Below, piece by piece: positions 1-8,389 of a stretch of 32,000 nucleotides of DNA; position 1 is the first letter of the stretch, and every line of letters starts with the position of its first letter. The translations under genes were made by a program, and so were the position numbers. The notes under the pieces were generated by a model that ran no database searches, was not told the DNA's origin, and saw nothing but the letters and a program-made list of their open reading frames with translations. Source of the DNA: Nitrosococcus oceani ATCC 19707 (GTDB lineage: Bacteria > Pseudomonadota > Gammaproteobacteria > Nitrosococcales > Nitrosococcaceae); assembly GCF_000012805.1 (NCBI RefSeq), contig NC_007484.1, forward strand, positions 1,170,001 through 1,202,000. The letters run 5' to 3'.

Positions 1-2565
1 CTCGATCCCGACCACGGAACCGCTTATGCCCTGCAAGCCATCATCGCCCTGGCGCAGAACCGAAAAGAGGACGCCCTTCGGTTGGCCCGGCAGGGGGCTA
101 AGCTCGATCCCCAGTCCTCCATTCCTCAAATCGCCCTGTCCTATGTTTATCAGGGAAGGTTTAATATCGAGCAAGCGTTACAACATGCCCAGCAGGCTAC
201 CGAGCTTTTCCCTGGCGAGGCCCTTGCCTGGGCGAGGGTAGCGGAATTACAACTCTCCCTGGGTGATTTGGATGGAGCCGCCAAAGCCGCCCAACAGGCG
301 GTAGCCCTCGACCCGGATTTAGCTCGGACCCAAACCGTGCGGGGCTTTGCCGAGTTGACGGCCATTGATATTGAGGAAGCCAAAGCGAGTTTTCAGCGGG
401 CCATTGAACTGGACCCCGCCGATCCCCTCTCCCGCCTTGGGTTGGGACTGGCCAAAATCCGCCAGGGGGATCTCAAGGCAGGCACTGAGGAAATCGAAAT
501 TGCCGCCAGCCTGGACCCCAATAATTCGCTGATTAGAAGTTATCTCGGCAAAGCCTATTACGACCAGAAACGGGGAGAGGCGGCCGCAACGGAGCTGGCG
601 ATAGCCAAGGAACTCGATCCTAACGATCCCACCCCCTGGTTCTACGACGCCATTCGCAAGCAAACGACGAATAGGCCGGTGGAAGCCTTGCATGACATGC
701 AAAAGGCCATTGAACTGAATGATAACCGGGCGGTGTACCGCTCGCGATTACTTATGGACCAAGATCTGGCCGCAAGAAGTGCGAGTCTCGGACGCATTTA
801 CAACGATTTGGGCTTTCAGCAACGGGGCCTATTGGAGGGATGGAAATCGGTTAACACTGATCCCAGCAACTACTCCGCCCATCGGCTATTGGCGGACAAC
901 TATGCGGCATTACCAAGGCATGAAATTGCCAGGGTAAGTGAGTTATTGCAATCCCAACTTTTGCAACCGCTTAACCTCACGCCCGTGCAGCCAAGCTTGG
1001 CAGAAAGTAATCTGCTTCTTTTAGAAGGTGCCGGTCCTTCAGGGCTTGCGTTTAATGAGTTTAACCCATTGTTCACGCGCAATCGCCTAGCCTTGCAGGC
1101 ATCCGGTGTTTTTGGCAGCAATGATACCTTGGGTGATGAGGTGACTCAGTCGGGGCTGTGGAAAAATTTCTCTTATAGTGTGGGACAGTTTCATTCTGAA
1201 ACGGACGGATTTCGGGAAAATAGCGACTTTGCGCGAAACACTTATAATGTATTTACTCAAGGGGCTTTATCTCCTAATACAAACTTGCAAGCGGAATTTA
1301 GACATGATGAGCGCATACAAGGAGATTTAGCTCTTAGATTTGATCCAAATTTTTCCAAAGTTCTTCGCGAAACCAGTCGTGTCAACACATACAGATTAGG
1401 AGCGCGGCATGCTTTTTCGCCTAACTCGCAGATTATAGCTTCATTAAGTTATCAAAACGTTAATGTTAAGCAAAAAACACAAACCCAAAGAACCATTTCC
1501 ATTCCTACCCCACTTGGCCCGTTAGAAACAGAAATTCTGATTCCTACAGAAGCTACGATTAATAGAAATGGATTTATAGGCGAATTACAACATTTCTATA
1601 CTAATGAAAAAGCCACGGTAATTTCTGGTTTCGGTCATATTAACAATGATGTTATTCAAAATGTCACTTTTCCTGAGAATAAACCGCCTTTGACTGAAGT
1701 TATTACCCACCCAGATATAAGAAAAGTTAACATTTATAATTATTCTCAGATCCGTGCTTTTGATAAGTTAACTGCAATACTGGGGTTAAGCATAGATTCT
1801 TTGGAAATAAGAGGTCAACTCGATAAAACTCAAGTGAACCCAAAATTCGGTCTAATTTGGATGCTGCATTCTTCAACGACTCTTCGGCTGGCAGGGTTTA
1901 GAAGCATGAGTACCACAAGAACTGCTAATCAGACTATTGAGCAGACACAGGTTGCTGGTTTTAATCAATTTTTCGATGATGTAAATGGGACCGATGCTTG
2001 GCGTTACGGGGCTGCGGTTGATCATGTTTTTTCTAAATATTTTTATGGAGGAGTTGAGTATTCAGAACGAAAATTAGATGTTCCGGTACTTATCTCCCAA
2101 GGTTCAAAGGCGCAATTCGTTAATTGGAAAGAAAAGACATCACGAACCTATTTTTATCTAACGCCAAATTCTAATTTTGCGGCAAGTATCGAATATTTTT
2201 TTGAGCGTTTTGACCGGCGCTCTAATCCGTTACGGACTGGAATTGTTGATGTGGCAACACATCGGGTTCCAGTAGGCTTAAGTTTTTTTCATCCTTTAGG
2301 TTTTTCGGCTAACCTCAAGGCCACCTATGTTAATCAATCCGGATTTTTCCAAAGACGTAATTCGGATGATATATTTAATGATCAGAGCGGGTTTATCGTT
2401 GTTGATATGAGCTTGAACTATAGATTGCCGAAAAGATTTGGAATTATTAGAGTAGGCTCAAAAAATTTATTTAATGAGAGATTTAAATATCAAGACATGG
2501 ATCCAAATATGCCATTGTTTTTTCCGGAGCGATTTTTGTACACACAATTGACTTTGGCATTCTAA
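1..2565 (+). CDS. TPR-repeat protein fused to a C-terminal outer-membrane beta-barrel (5' end outside window)
   Basis: Frame 1 is open from nt 1 (LDPDHGTAYALQAIIALAQNRKEDALRLARQG...), so the TTG at 82 in the track is internal. The first ~350 aa are tandem TPR-like units (AVALDPDLARTQTVRGFAELTAIDIEEAKASFQRAIELDPADP; SLDPNNSLIRSYLGKAYY; AKELDPNDPTPWFYDA). The last ~480 aa are Y/F/N/G-rich with alternating strand-like patterns and end in ...YTQLTLAF, a terminal aromatic typical of OMP beta-signals. Confidence 0.7.
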   Translation, partial: LDPDHGTAYALQAIIALAQNRKEDALRLARQGAKLDPQSSIPQIALSYVYQGRFNIEQALQHAQQATELFPGEALAWARVAELQLSLGDLDGAAKAAQQAVALDPDLARTQTVRGFAELTAIDIEEAKASFQRAIELDPADPLSRLGLGLAKIRQGDLKAGTEEIEIAASLDPNNSLIRSYLGKAYYDQKRGEAAATELAIAKELDPNDPTPWFYDAIRKQTTNRPVEALHDMQKAIELNDNRAVYRSRLLMDQDLAARSASLGRIYNDLGFQQRGLLEGWKSVNTDPSNYSAHRLLADNYAALPRHEIARVSELLQSQLLQPLNLTPVQPSLAESNLLLLEGAGPSGLAFNEFNPLFTRNRLALQASGVFGSNDTLGDEVTQSGLWKNFSYSVGQFHSETDGFRENSDFARNTYNVFTQGALSPNTNLQAEFRHDERIQGDLALRFDPNFSKVLRETSRVNTYRLGARHAFSPNSQIIASLSYQNVNVKQKTQTQRTISIPTPLGPLETEILIPTEATINRNGFIGELQHFYTNEKATVISGFGHINNDVIQNVTFPENKPPLTEVITHPDIRKVNIYNYSQIRAFDKLTAILGLSIDSLEIRGQLDKTQVNPKFGLIWMLHSSTTLRLAGFRSMSTTRTANQTIEQTQVAGFNQFFDDVNGTDAWRYGAAVDHVFSKYFYGGVEYSERKLDVPVLISQGSKAQFVNWKEKTSRTYFYLTPNSNFAASIEYFFERFDRRSNPLRTGIVDVATHRVPVGLSFFHPLGFSANLKATYVNQSGFFQRRNSDDIFNDQSGFIVVDMSLNYRLPKRFGIIRVGSKNLFNERFKYQDMDPNMPLFFPERFLYTQLTLAF

Positions 2566-2610
2566 AATACAGATCGTACTGAGCGGTTCATAGAAAGGAA
2601 AAAGGTAGCC

Positions 2611-3015
2611 ATGAAAGAAACTTTATCTAATTTCTTGAGAGAGAAACCCCTGGTCGCCGGACTTTTATTATTGCTCGTTATATTTTTATTTACCTTAGCG
2701 AGGTGCAATGATACCCCAACGATTGAAATAAACCCAGATGGCTCTGTAAAAAATGCGGTGGTGAATATTACCTTTACGGTAGATGGTGAGTTTATAATCA
2801 CTACACCCGATGGTAAAATTGTGCCTCCAACCGCTAACCCCTTTCCTGTTAAGGTTAGTACAGTGAGGGTATTGAAAAGTTTATCGATCATGGAAACAAG
2901 TGGCAGCCCGGTGCAGGTATGGATCGATCTCGATAACCAGATCACATGTATTGAGGTTGATTATGATGAGAGTACTCGCCAAGTAACCCGTATTATTGGA
3001 CCATGTAACTTATAG
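2611..3015 (+). CDS. small exported or membrane-anchored protein, unknown function
   Basis: A purine-rich RBS (gaaaggaaaaagg) lies just upstream of the ATG. The N-terminal hydrophobic segment PLVAGLLLLLVIFLFTLARC is followed by a polar beta-rich body. No family recognised. Confidence 0.5.
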   Translation: MKETLSNFLREKPLVAGLLLLLVIFLFTLARCNDTPTIEINPDGSVKNAVVNITFTVDGEFIITTPDGKIVPPTANPFPVKVSTVRVLKSLSIMETSGSPVQVWIDLDNQITCIEVDYDESTRQVTRIIGPCNL

Positions 3016-3531
3016 TAAGTAAAGGTTATTGGGATTGTAATAGCAGGTAGGGGGGCTCAGGAAAATCTTGCATAGTGTAGGCGGGAAAGTGGAGCGCATC
3101 CCGCCTTACCATACAAGAGGGTCACTTGGGGAGCCCTCGCTTTACCTGACTAAGCCGCAACTTATTCTCCTGGATATGTCCAGCTAGTTATCCAGAACTA
3201 ACGTAATTACGATGCTGTGTCCGTTGAATGAACGGTTGTTCATAAACTCTGCGGGCATAGGCCATTTAGCGCCCCCAATAATTCTGGCAGGATTGGCGGG
3301 GCTGGCTTAAAAATACGCATTAATAAAGAATCGTCCAACACCTCTCCAGAAATCTTCCTTCGTCAATAATAAGTATTTCGACTCATCAGTATTTCACAGT
3401 TATCAGGGTAATATGTCACGGGCAGTGATAAGCAAGGAAGGTATTATTATAAACAAGCAACGGCTTTGTGTTTTTGAACATAAGCTTTTTTTCTGTTTCT
3501 GGCTTAGAAGTTAGGCTAACTGAGGTGAGTC

Positions 3532-4275
3532 ATGAACAAGAGATTAGTCCGCATATTTACATCTTTTGCACTAATTTTTTTCTTCATACCTACCATTGCT
3601 TACGCGGAGATTCTCATTCAGTCGGGGCATAGTGGTGAATGGTTTAACCCGGAGCGTAGCGGCGAGGGATTTTTTCTCGAAGTGCTTGAGAATGATCGAA
3701 TGGTGTTCTCCTGTTTTACCGATGATTCTAATCAGAATCAGATGTGGCTGTTTGGCGCTGGTAATATCGTGAATGATAAAGCAGTGATACCTGTCTTTGT
3801 GACAGAAGGAGGAGTCTTTGGTTCTAACTTTGATCCCAATGAAGTGGTGATGACGGAATGGGGGACCGTTGAATTTAGTTTCTCTTCCTGTCATAAAGGA
3901 CAGGCTGTTTATAATTCTATGCTCGGTTTTGGTTCTGGCGCTGTCGATTTCACTCACCTTACCATGCTAAAAAAATCTCAGTGTGCGGAAAATCCATCTA
4001 GCCTTGAGGGGACTTATACGCTAGAGAGGCTTTCTATTCAGTTTTCCGACCAAAGCGTTTTTGACAGTGAAAACCCAAACATAGCTGTTACCGGTGCCAT
4101 GTACATAAGCGAAAATAATATCTCGCAGGAGGTTACAATTTTTATTTCTGGTGAGGATCCTCTTATAGCTAATTTATCCGGCACCTTTGTTGATGAGGGA
4201 TCTGTATTAGTAGTGACACAGCCTCCTAATGTGGACGGCGCTCTCATTTTAATAGAGAGAGATAAAATAGGATAA
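3532..4275 (+). CDS. secreted protein, unknown function
   Basis: RBS GGTGAG lies 4 nt before the ATG. Clear signal peptide MNKRLVRIFTSFALIFFFIPTIAYA/EIL. The mature part starts with an SGEWFNPERSGEGFF motif that I associate with uncharacterised secreted beta-domains. Confidence 0.55.
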   Translation: MNKRLVRIFTSFALIFFFIPTIAYAEILIQSGHSGEWFNPERSGEGFFLEVLENDRMVFSCFTDDSNQNQMWLFGAGNIVNDKAVIPVFVTEGGVFGSNFDPNEVVMTEWGTVEFSFSSCHKGQAVYNSMLGFGSGAVDFTHLTMLKKSQCAENPSSLEGTYTLERLSIQFSDQSVFDSENPNIAVTGAMYISENNISQEVTIFISGEDPLIANLSGTFVDEGSVLVVTQPPNVDGALILIERDKIG

Positions 4276-4573
4276 CCACATCGTTGCATGTTAACGATGC
4301 CGGGGAAATAGATTTTAATGAAATACAAATCTGGCGAAAGATAGACCCTTCTAGGGTAGCTTCTGCAAGTGCTCTTAGTAAGCGGGCGCTCCCGCAGCCA
4401 GCAGCAACCTCTGAGGGCACCATAGGCGCGCTTGGAAGGATAGAGGAGATATTTCAACAACGATAAATGTGGCACATAAGCATCGATGTTTGAGGAAATG
4501 ATAAGACTAAATATGCTTGCATGGGTAAGCGGATAAATCCCGAGAAGGTTGAATTCCCCTTTATCCTGGTTAG

Positions 4574-4593
4574 AAAAAAAAGCGTGAAACGCT
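4574..4593 (-). terminator. putative rho-independent terminator of the rhomboid gene
   Basis: On the minus strand the hairpin AGCGT-ttc-ACGCT (4593..4581) overlaps the TAG stop and is followed by a run of 7 T (4580..4574). The stem is short (5 bp). Confidence 0.45.
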
Positions 4594-5269
4594 AACGGAG
4601 TAGGCTGACGTCGGAGCGTTTAAATACCGGCAACAGGAGCATGCCGGCCATGAACCCGCCAGCATGGGCGGCGAAGGCTATGCCGCCTTCATCCCCCGGA
4701 GTCGCTGCCGATTGCAAGAGCTGAAACAAGAACCACAAACCCAGCATGAGCCAGGCGGGCACCCAAACGAAAAAGAGGATGAAATAGGGTACCAGTAGTT
4801 TAATCTGAGCGAAGGGGTGCAAGAGCAGATAAGCGCCGAGGATGCCGGATATGGCGCCGCTAGCCCCCACCATGGGGATCGTGGAATCGGGGGCTATAAA
4901 AGTCTGCGCCAGCGCCGCGGCCACGCCGCAGAGTAAATAAAAAACGATGAAGCGGCCATGCCCCATGGAGTCTTCTACGTTATTGCCAAATACATGAAGG
5001 TAGAGCATATTACCTAACAGGTGCAGGAAGCCACCGTGCAAAAACATAGAGGTAAACAAACTGAGTACGGGAGGAATTAGCAATTGAGGATGGCCCAAGG
5101 GCGCATCCGTCAAAGCCTTGGGAATCAGTCCAAATAGAATAACTGAAGCTTGAAATCCTTCTTGTGGCAGGCTTAACTGCCACAGGAAGACAAGCACGCA
5201 GGTTCCAATCAGAATCCAATTAACGATAGGGGTGCGCTGAACAGGATAGTTATCACTGATGGGGATCAT
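4592..5269 (-). CDS. rhomboid-family intramembrane serine protease
   Basis: Multi-TM protein with the rhomboid signatures HGGFLHLLGNMLYLHVFGNNVE and the catalytic GASGAISGILGAYL (GxSG), plus a downstream AHAGGF His. I prefer the start MIPISDNYPVQRTPIVNW at 5269 (AGGA-rich sequence upstream). The ORF is open up to an ATG at 5377. Confidence 0.85.
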   Translation of the reverse strand: MIPISDNYPVQRTPIVNWILIGTCVLVFLWQLSLPQEGFQASVILFGLIPKALTDAPLGHPQLLIPPVLSLFTSMFLHGGFLHLLGNMLYLHVFGNNVEDSMGHGRFIVFYLLCGVAAALAQTFIAPDSTIPMVGASGAISGILGAYLLLHPFAQIKLLVPYFILFFVWVPAWLMLGLWFLFQLLQSAATPGDEGGIAFAAHAGGFMAGMLLLPVFKRSDVSLLR

Positions 5270-5432
5270 TTCCTTGTTTCCTTCTCTTACATGAATATTT
5301 GACTCTATGACATTTTCAGCAACGATAGCTACAGATTCCTGGTCGATATAAAGGGGAAACAGATATCCATCGTGCAAGCAGAGCGTGTAAGCTTCCCTGG
5401 TTATCAGGGTGACCCATTGGCAGCCCGATTAG

Positions 5433-5903
5433 AAGAGCGGTCAGATAAGACATCCTTGGGCTATATTGTTTACCCATTGCTTTACCTGCTCTAAAGATTT
5501 TTTCGCGGTGACGCGTATTAGTAATACCTTGGCGCAGCGGGGGGTAGGGGTCTTAAGATTTGATTTTACTGGACTGGGCAATAGCGGGGGGGATTTCAGC
5601 AATACTAATTTCTCCTCCAATATTGCGGATCTGGTGCAGGCAGCATCCTTCATGAAGGCAGAATATCAAGCTCCCCGGTTACTTATTGGGCATAGTTTAG
5701 GCGGGGCGGCGGCGGAAGAAATTCCTGAAACCTTGGCCGTGGCGACGATTAACGCTCCTAGCGATCCAGCCCATGTGAGCCAATTATTTACCACATCGAT
5801 ACCTGAGATTGAAAATCAGGGTGAAGTTGAAGTCCAGTTGGTAGGGTGTTCTTTTCGAATTCAAAAACAATTTCTGGATGATATCGGCGGGGCTTGCCCT
5901 TAG
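5433..5903 (+). pseudogene. remnant of an alpha/beta-hydrolase (family often fused to OsmC)
   Basis: The frame opens just after a TAG at 5430-5432 and reads ...AILFTHCFTCSKDFFAVTRISNTLAQRGVGVLRFDFTGLGNSGGDF...LLIGHSLGGAA (nucleophile elbow GHSLGG). There is no credible N-terminus or ATG. The helix after the elbow looks shortened (GGAAAEEIPE) and the ORF stops long before the Asp/His part of the fold. Confidence 0.6.
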
Positions 5904-6424
5904 CGATGCCGTTTTCATAGTCGTTTGTTACAGCTACCGAATTTACTCCATAAAAGGTCCAAAAGAATCCCCTGGTGCGGCAGATAATTTTCGTTTCCAC
6001 TCCAAGCAATTTCTGTCTATTGGCACCTAGCTTATGTCTGGCCGGCAGTTCAGGGAGAACTGCTATAAACTAAAATGATGCAATACGAAATTACATAAAA
6101 GTGCTCTCAGGTGATTTACGTAACGAGCAAACAGTTGGGGCTATATCTGCTGATCGAAACGGCAATTGGATAAAGAGCAGCCTTGGGGGAAAGTAAAAAA
6201 TTCTACTGTGCCAATTCAAAGAGCTCTACCTCCTGCTGTGCTACTGGGGTAAAAGAGAAATGCCGGCGAGCAGAAGCAAATACTCTCGTTAGGGCCTCAA
6301 TCGCTGCTCTATTGGATTTCTCTGGCCCTCGGGCTTGATGCGCCCATGACTCAGCTAGAGGGGAGGTAGAGGGGAGGGGACTGCGGTGTATCACTGCGCC
6401 TATTCAACGAGGAGTCCTGATAGT

Positions 6425-6790
6425 CTAATCCGCAACTTTCCAGGTTCCATCTTCGGTTTTGCAAAGCAGGAACACCGATCTGTCGTCGAAATTAGCAGTG
6501 TCGGTTTCGAATGAGGTCTGACGGCATAACATACCCTTCTTATGCTCCGTTGTTAATACCTTGATTTTTCCAGAAGCCCCCGTATTTTCATTCCTCCAGC
6601 TCTTGATAGTGCCATTGGGATGATTGTTCAGGATATCCCGTCCGGTGGAACGGAGTAGTTTCCAGTCTTGGTCGTTCAACTCCGAGTAAACAGATTGATC
6701 GAGCCATCCCCAAGGTCCAACTCGTGCCATCGATGCCGTAGATAGCATTGTTGCAGTTAAAACAACGATACAGATCAGTAAGAACTTCAT
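6425..6790 (-). CDS. exported surface-antigen-like protein (COG4520-like pattern)
   Basis: The best start is MKFLLICIVVLTATMLSTASMA (signal peptide) at 6790. The mature part has the pattern W.NENTGASGKI......CRQ....D.......LLCKTEDGTWKV, recalled for small proteobacterial 'surface antigen' proteins. The family call is tentative. Confidence 0.5.
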   Translation of the reverse strand: MKFLLICIVVLTATMLSTASMARVGPWGWLDQSVYSELNDQDWKLLRSTGRDILNNHPNGTIKSWRNENTGASGKIKVLTTEHKKGMLCRQTSFETDTANFDDRSVFLLCKTEDGTWKVAD

Positions 6791-7573
6791 AAAATTCTCC
6801 GTGCGCCGAAAACCTCTGGGTTCAATCAGGGGAAGGAGGCGCATACCCTTGATTAAATTGAGTAGAACTGTTACCTCATGTGGTATGTAAAAGGCGTCTA
6901 AAATACATAAGGTAGGTACCTATTGGCACTATTGCCAAATTGAAAACACATAGTATCCTTGCTGGATTTTTTTAGTATATACCATATCATCCGGCTTAAT
7001 GCTAGTAGGCATTGAATGCTTTTCTTTATAATTATTAAACGGTTACATGTTGTGTTGATGCCTGATTGAGAAGTTGCTGCTCTTATAGCTCAGGATAATA
7101 GCAGATAGCAGCAGGGCATGAACGAGGCAAAGATTGAGCAATCGAGAAGGAAGCCGCGGTTCCCTATACTAGCAATTCATTGAGATATGCGTGCAAAGAT
7201 GCAAGCTAGTGAAGTGAAGGTCGGCAAGGGATCAGTAAAGGAGGCGGTAGGCTGGGACATTCATTGTCGTTGGGAAAAATCAGCCACGTGGAGGGCGTTT
7301 ACCTGGTTGGTTCACCGTCGTCTATTGCCAGAAAGCCTGCGCGCTCGTCCCGCTCCTTACCATTTGCCCTAATGAGGATTTTTTCTTAATCCCGCCTTTA
7401 TTCGAAGCTGTCTAGTAAATAGCCCAGAACTCTTTTCTCAAAAGCACCTCGCAGAATTCGGAGACCGAATGAGATTTGTATTTAATAAAATGATCAATGG
7501 GACGCCAACTGCGCCGTGCTCCGTTGGCGCTTATTATTACTACTGGCATTATGAAAAGATATGAGGTTCAAAT

Positions 7574-8056
7574 ATGATAAATACCGTAAAGATAATATTT
7601 ATAGCGTTCAGTTTGATTTTTGTTTCATCAATTGGGCATGCGGATTCATCAGTTGAAAGTTTATCACCAGAGCTTCGTGCTCTACTTGGAAAAGAAATGC
7701 GGGCTCTAGAAGAAGGTATGCAATCAATAATTACCGCATACGTTTCAGGTAATTTGGAAAAGGTTTCAAATATCGCAGAAAAAATGAAAAACAGCTTTAT
7801 TTTAAAGCAAGAGATCACAAACGGGCAAAAACATGAGCTAGTGAATAAAATATCGAGATCCTTCTTGCGCCTTGATAAAAAATTTCATGAATATGCTGGA
7901 ATGCTTCAGCATGTGGCAAAGGAGAAACATATAGAATTAGTCGGTTTTTATTATTACAAACTAACGGAAGCATGTGTTGTCTGCCACAGCAATTTTGCAA
8001 GCCATCGATTTCCAAAGCTTAAGTTTGATGCCACTAAAGAAGGGCATAATCATTAA
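7574..8056 (+). CDS. class II (cytochrome c'-like) four-helix-bundle c-type cytochrome
   Basis: RBS GAGG lies 7 nt before the ATG. Signal peptide MINTVKIIFIAFSLIFVSSIGHA. The helix-rich mature protein is about 138 aa with a single CxxCH (EACVVCHSNF) close to the C-terminus, which is the hallmark position for class II cytochromes c. Confidence 0.65.
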   Translation: MINTVKIIFIAFSLIFVSSIGHADSSVESLSPELRALLGKEMRALEEGMQSIITAYVSGNLEKVSNIAEKMKNSFILKQEITNGQKHELVNKISRSFLRLDKKFHEYAGMLQHVAKEKHIELVGFYYYKLTEACVVCHSNFASHRFPKLKFDATKEGHNH

Positions 8057-8106
8057 GTTTAGAGTCGGGTTATTACGATGTTATGTCTCCCTTGGTGGAG
8101 TTAACT

Positions 8107-8161
8107 ATTCAACAACCATTTAGGCGGCACCGATCATTGGAATTAAACATGGATGTTGAGC
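8107..8161. repeat. attC-like imperfect palindrome 50 nt downstream of the cytochrome gene
   Basis: ATTCAAC(8107-8113)-aa-CCATTTA(8116-8122)-21 nt-TAAACATGG(8144-8152)-at-GTTGAGC(8155-8161). The outer boxes fit RYYYAAC / GTTRRRY. The inner boxes pair with one bulged G. The spacers are only 2 nt, shorter than in textbook attC sites. Confidence 0.3.
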
Positions 8162-8275
8162 GCCCCCCCCAGCGAGCGTGCCTGCCTGTGCGTGTCCGCA
8201 CGCAGACAGGCGAAGTGAAACAGCGCCTCGAACGGGAGGACCACATTAGTTTCGTTTTGCCATCAATTCGCGTTT
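8135..8275. repeat. repeat family copy A (left module with nested hairpin)
   Basis: cattggaattaaacAtggatGttgaG..ccagcgagCgtgc...cgaagtg...gttttgccatCaattCgcg aligns by eye with 30809-30915 (copy C). The first ~40 nt plus the hairpin also align with 21661-21728 (copy B). It overlaps the last ~10 codons of the RHH ORF. Confidence 0.7.
8178..8210. repeat. REP-like hairpin, 33-nt stretch identical to 21696-21728
   Basis: gtgcctgcctgtgcgtgtccgcacgcagacagg occurs identically at both sites. It folds as TGCGTG-tccg-CACGCA extended by CCTG/CAGG. It is absent from the homologous position of copy C (gtgc|gaaacgaagtg). Confidence 0.8.
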
Positions 8276-8386
8276 CACGTAAGCGGCCAGCATGGTCTCT
8301 ACTAGATTGGATAGCGTTCGGTTTTCTCTTTCCGTTAAAGTTTGAAGCTTCTTTTTGAGTGCAGAGTCGATGTGCGTATTTAACAA
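8246..8386 (-). CDS. small ribbon-helix-helix (CopG/Arc-like) protein, orphan antitoxin-like
   Basis: LLNTHIDSALKKKLQTLTERENRTLSNLVETMLAAYVKRELMAKRN fits the RHH pattern (beta strand, then helix-turn-helix with a 'R.LSNLVE..L' motif). I prefer a TTG start at 8386 with aaAGGAaa 4-8 nt upstream. The longer track ORF (to ATG 8467) would read through the tail of an IS630-type transposase. Confidence 0.5.
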   Translation of the reverse strand: MLNTHIDSALKKKLQTLTERENRTLSNLVETMLAAYVKRELMAKRN

Positions 8387-8389
8387 TTC

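Noticed and set aside
2611-3015. Calling the 134-aa protein a lipoprotein (Cys after the hydrophobic segment).
   Set aside because: The sequence before the Cys is L-A-R-C. Arg at position -1 violates the lipobox [LVI][ASTVI][GAS]C, so I call it only 'exported or membrane-anchored'.
5788-6009. 73-aa minus-strand ORF (MLGVETKIICRTRGFFWTFYGV...).
   Set aside because: Half of it is antisense to the hydrolase pseudogene. It has no RBS and no recognisable family. It may be a remnant of something, but that is not supportable.
6203-6394. 63-aa minus-strand ORF (…PEKSNRAAIEALTRVFASARRHFSFTPVAQQEVELFELAQ), considered as a toxin-antitoxin fragment.
   Set aside because: It has a GTG start without an RBS and a Pro/Ser-rich low-complexity N-terminus. 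I could not place the C-terminal part in any family.
7187-7372. 61-aa ORF in the long spacer before the cytochrome gene.
   Set aside because: No RBS, a Trp/Arg-rich composition atypical of the neighbouring genes, and no motif.
8083-8358. 91-aa plus-strand ORF (MSPLVELTIQQPF...ACLPVRVRTQTGE...).
   Set aside because: It reads straight through the attC-like palindrome, the C8 run and the REP-like hairpin, and is antisense to the RHH ORF. Its 'conserved' peptide is just the translated repeat, and it has no RBS.
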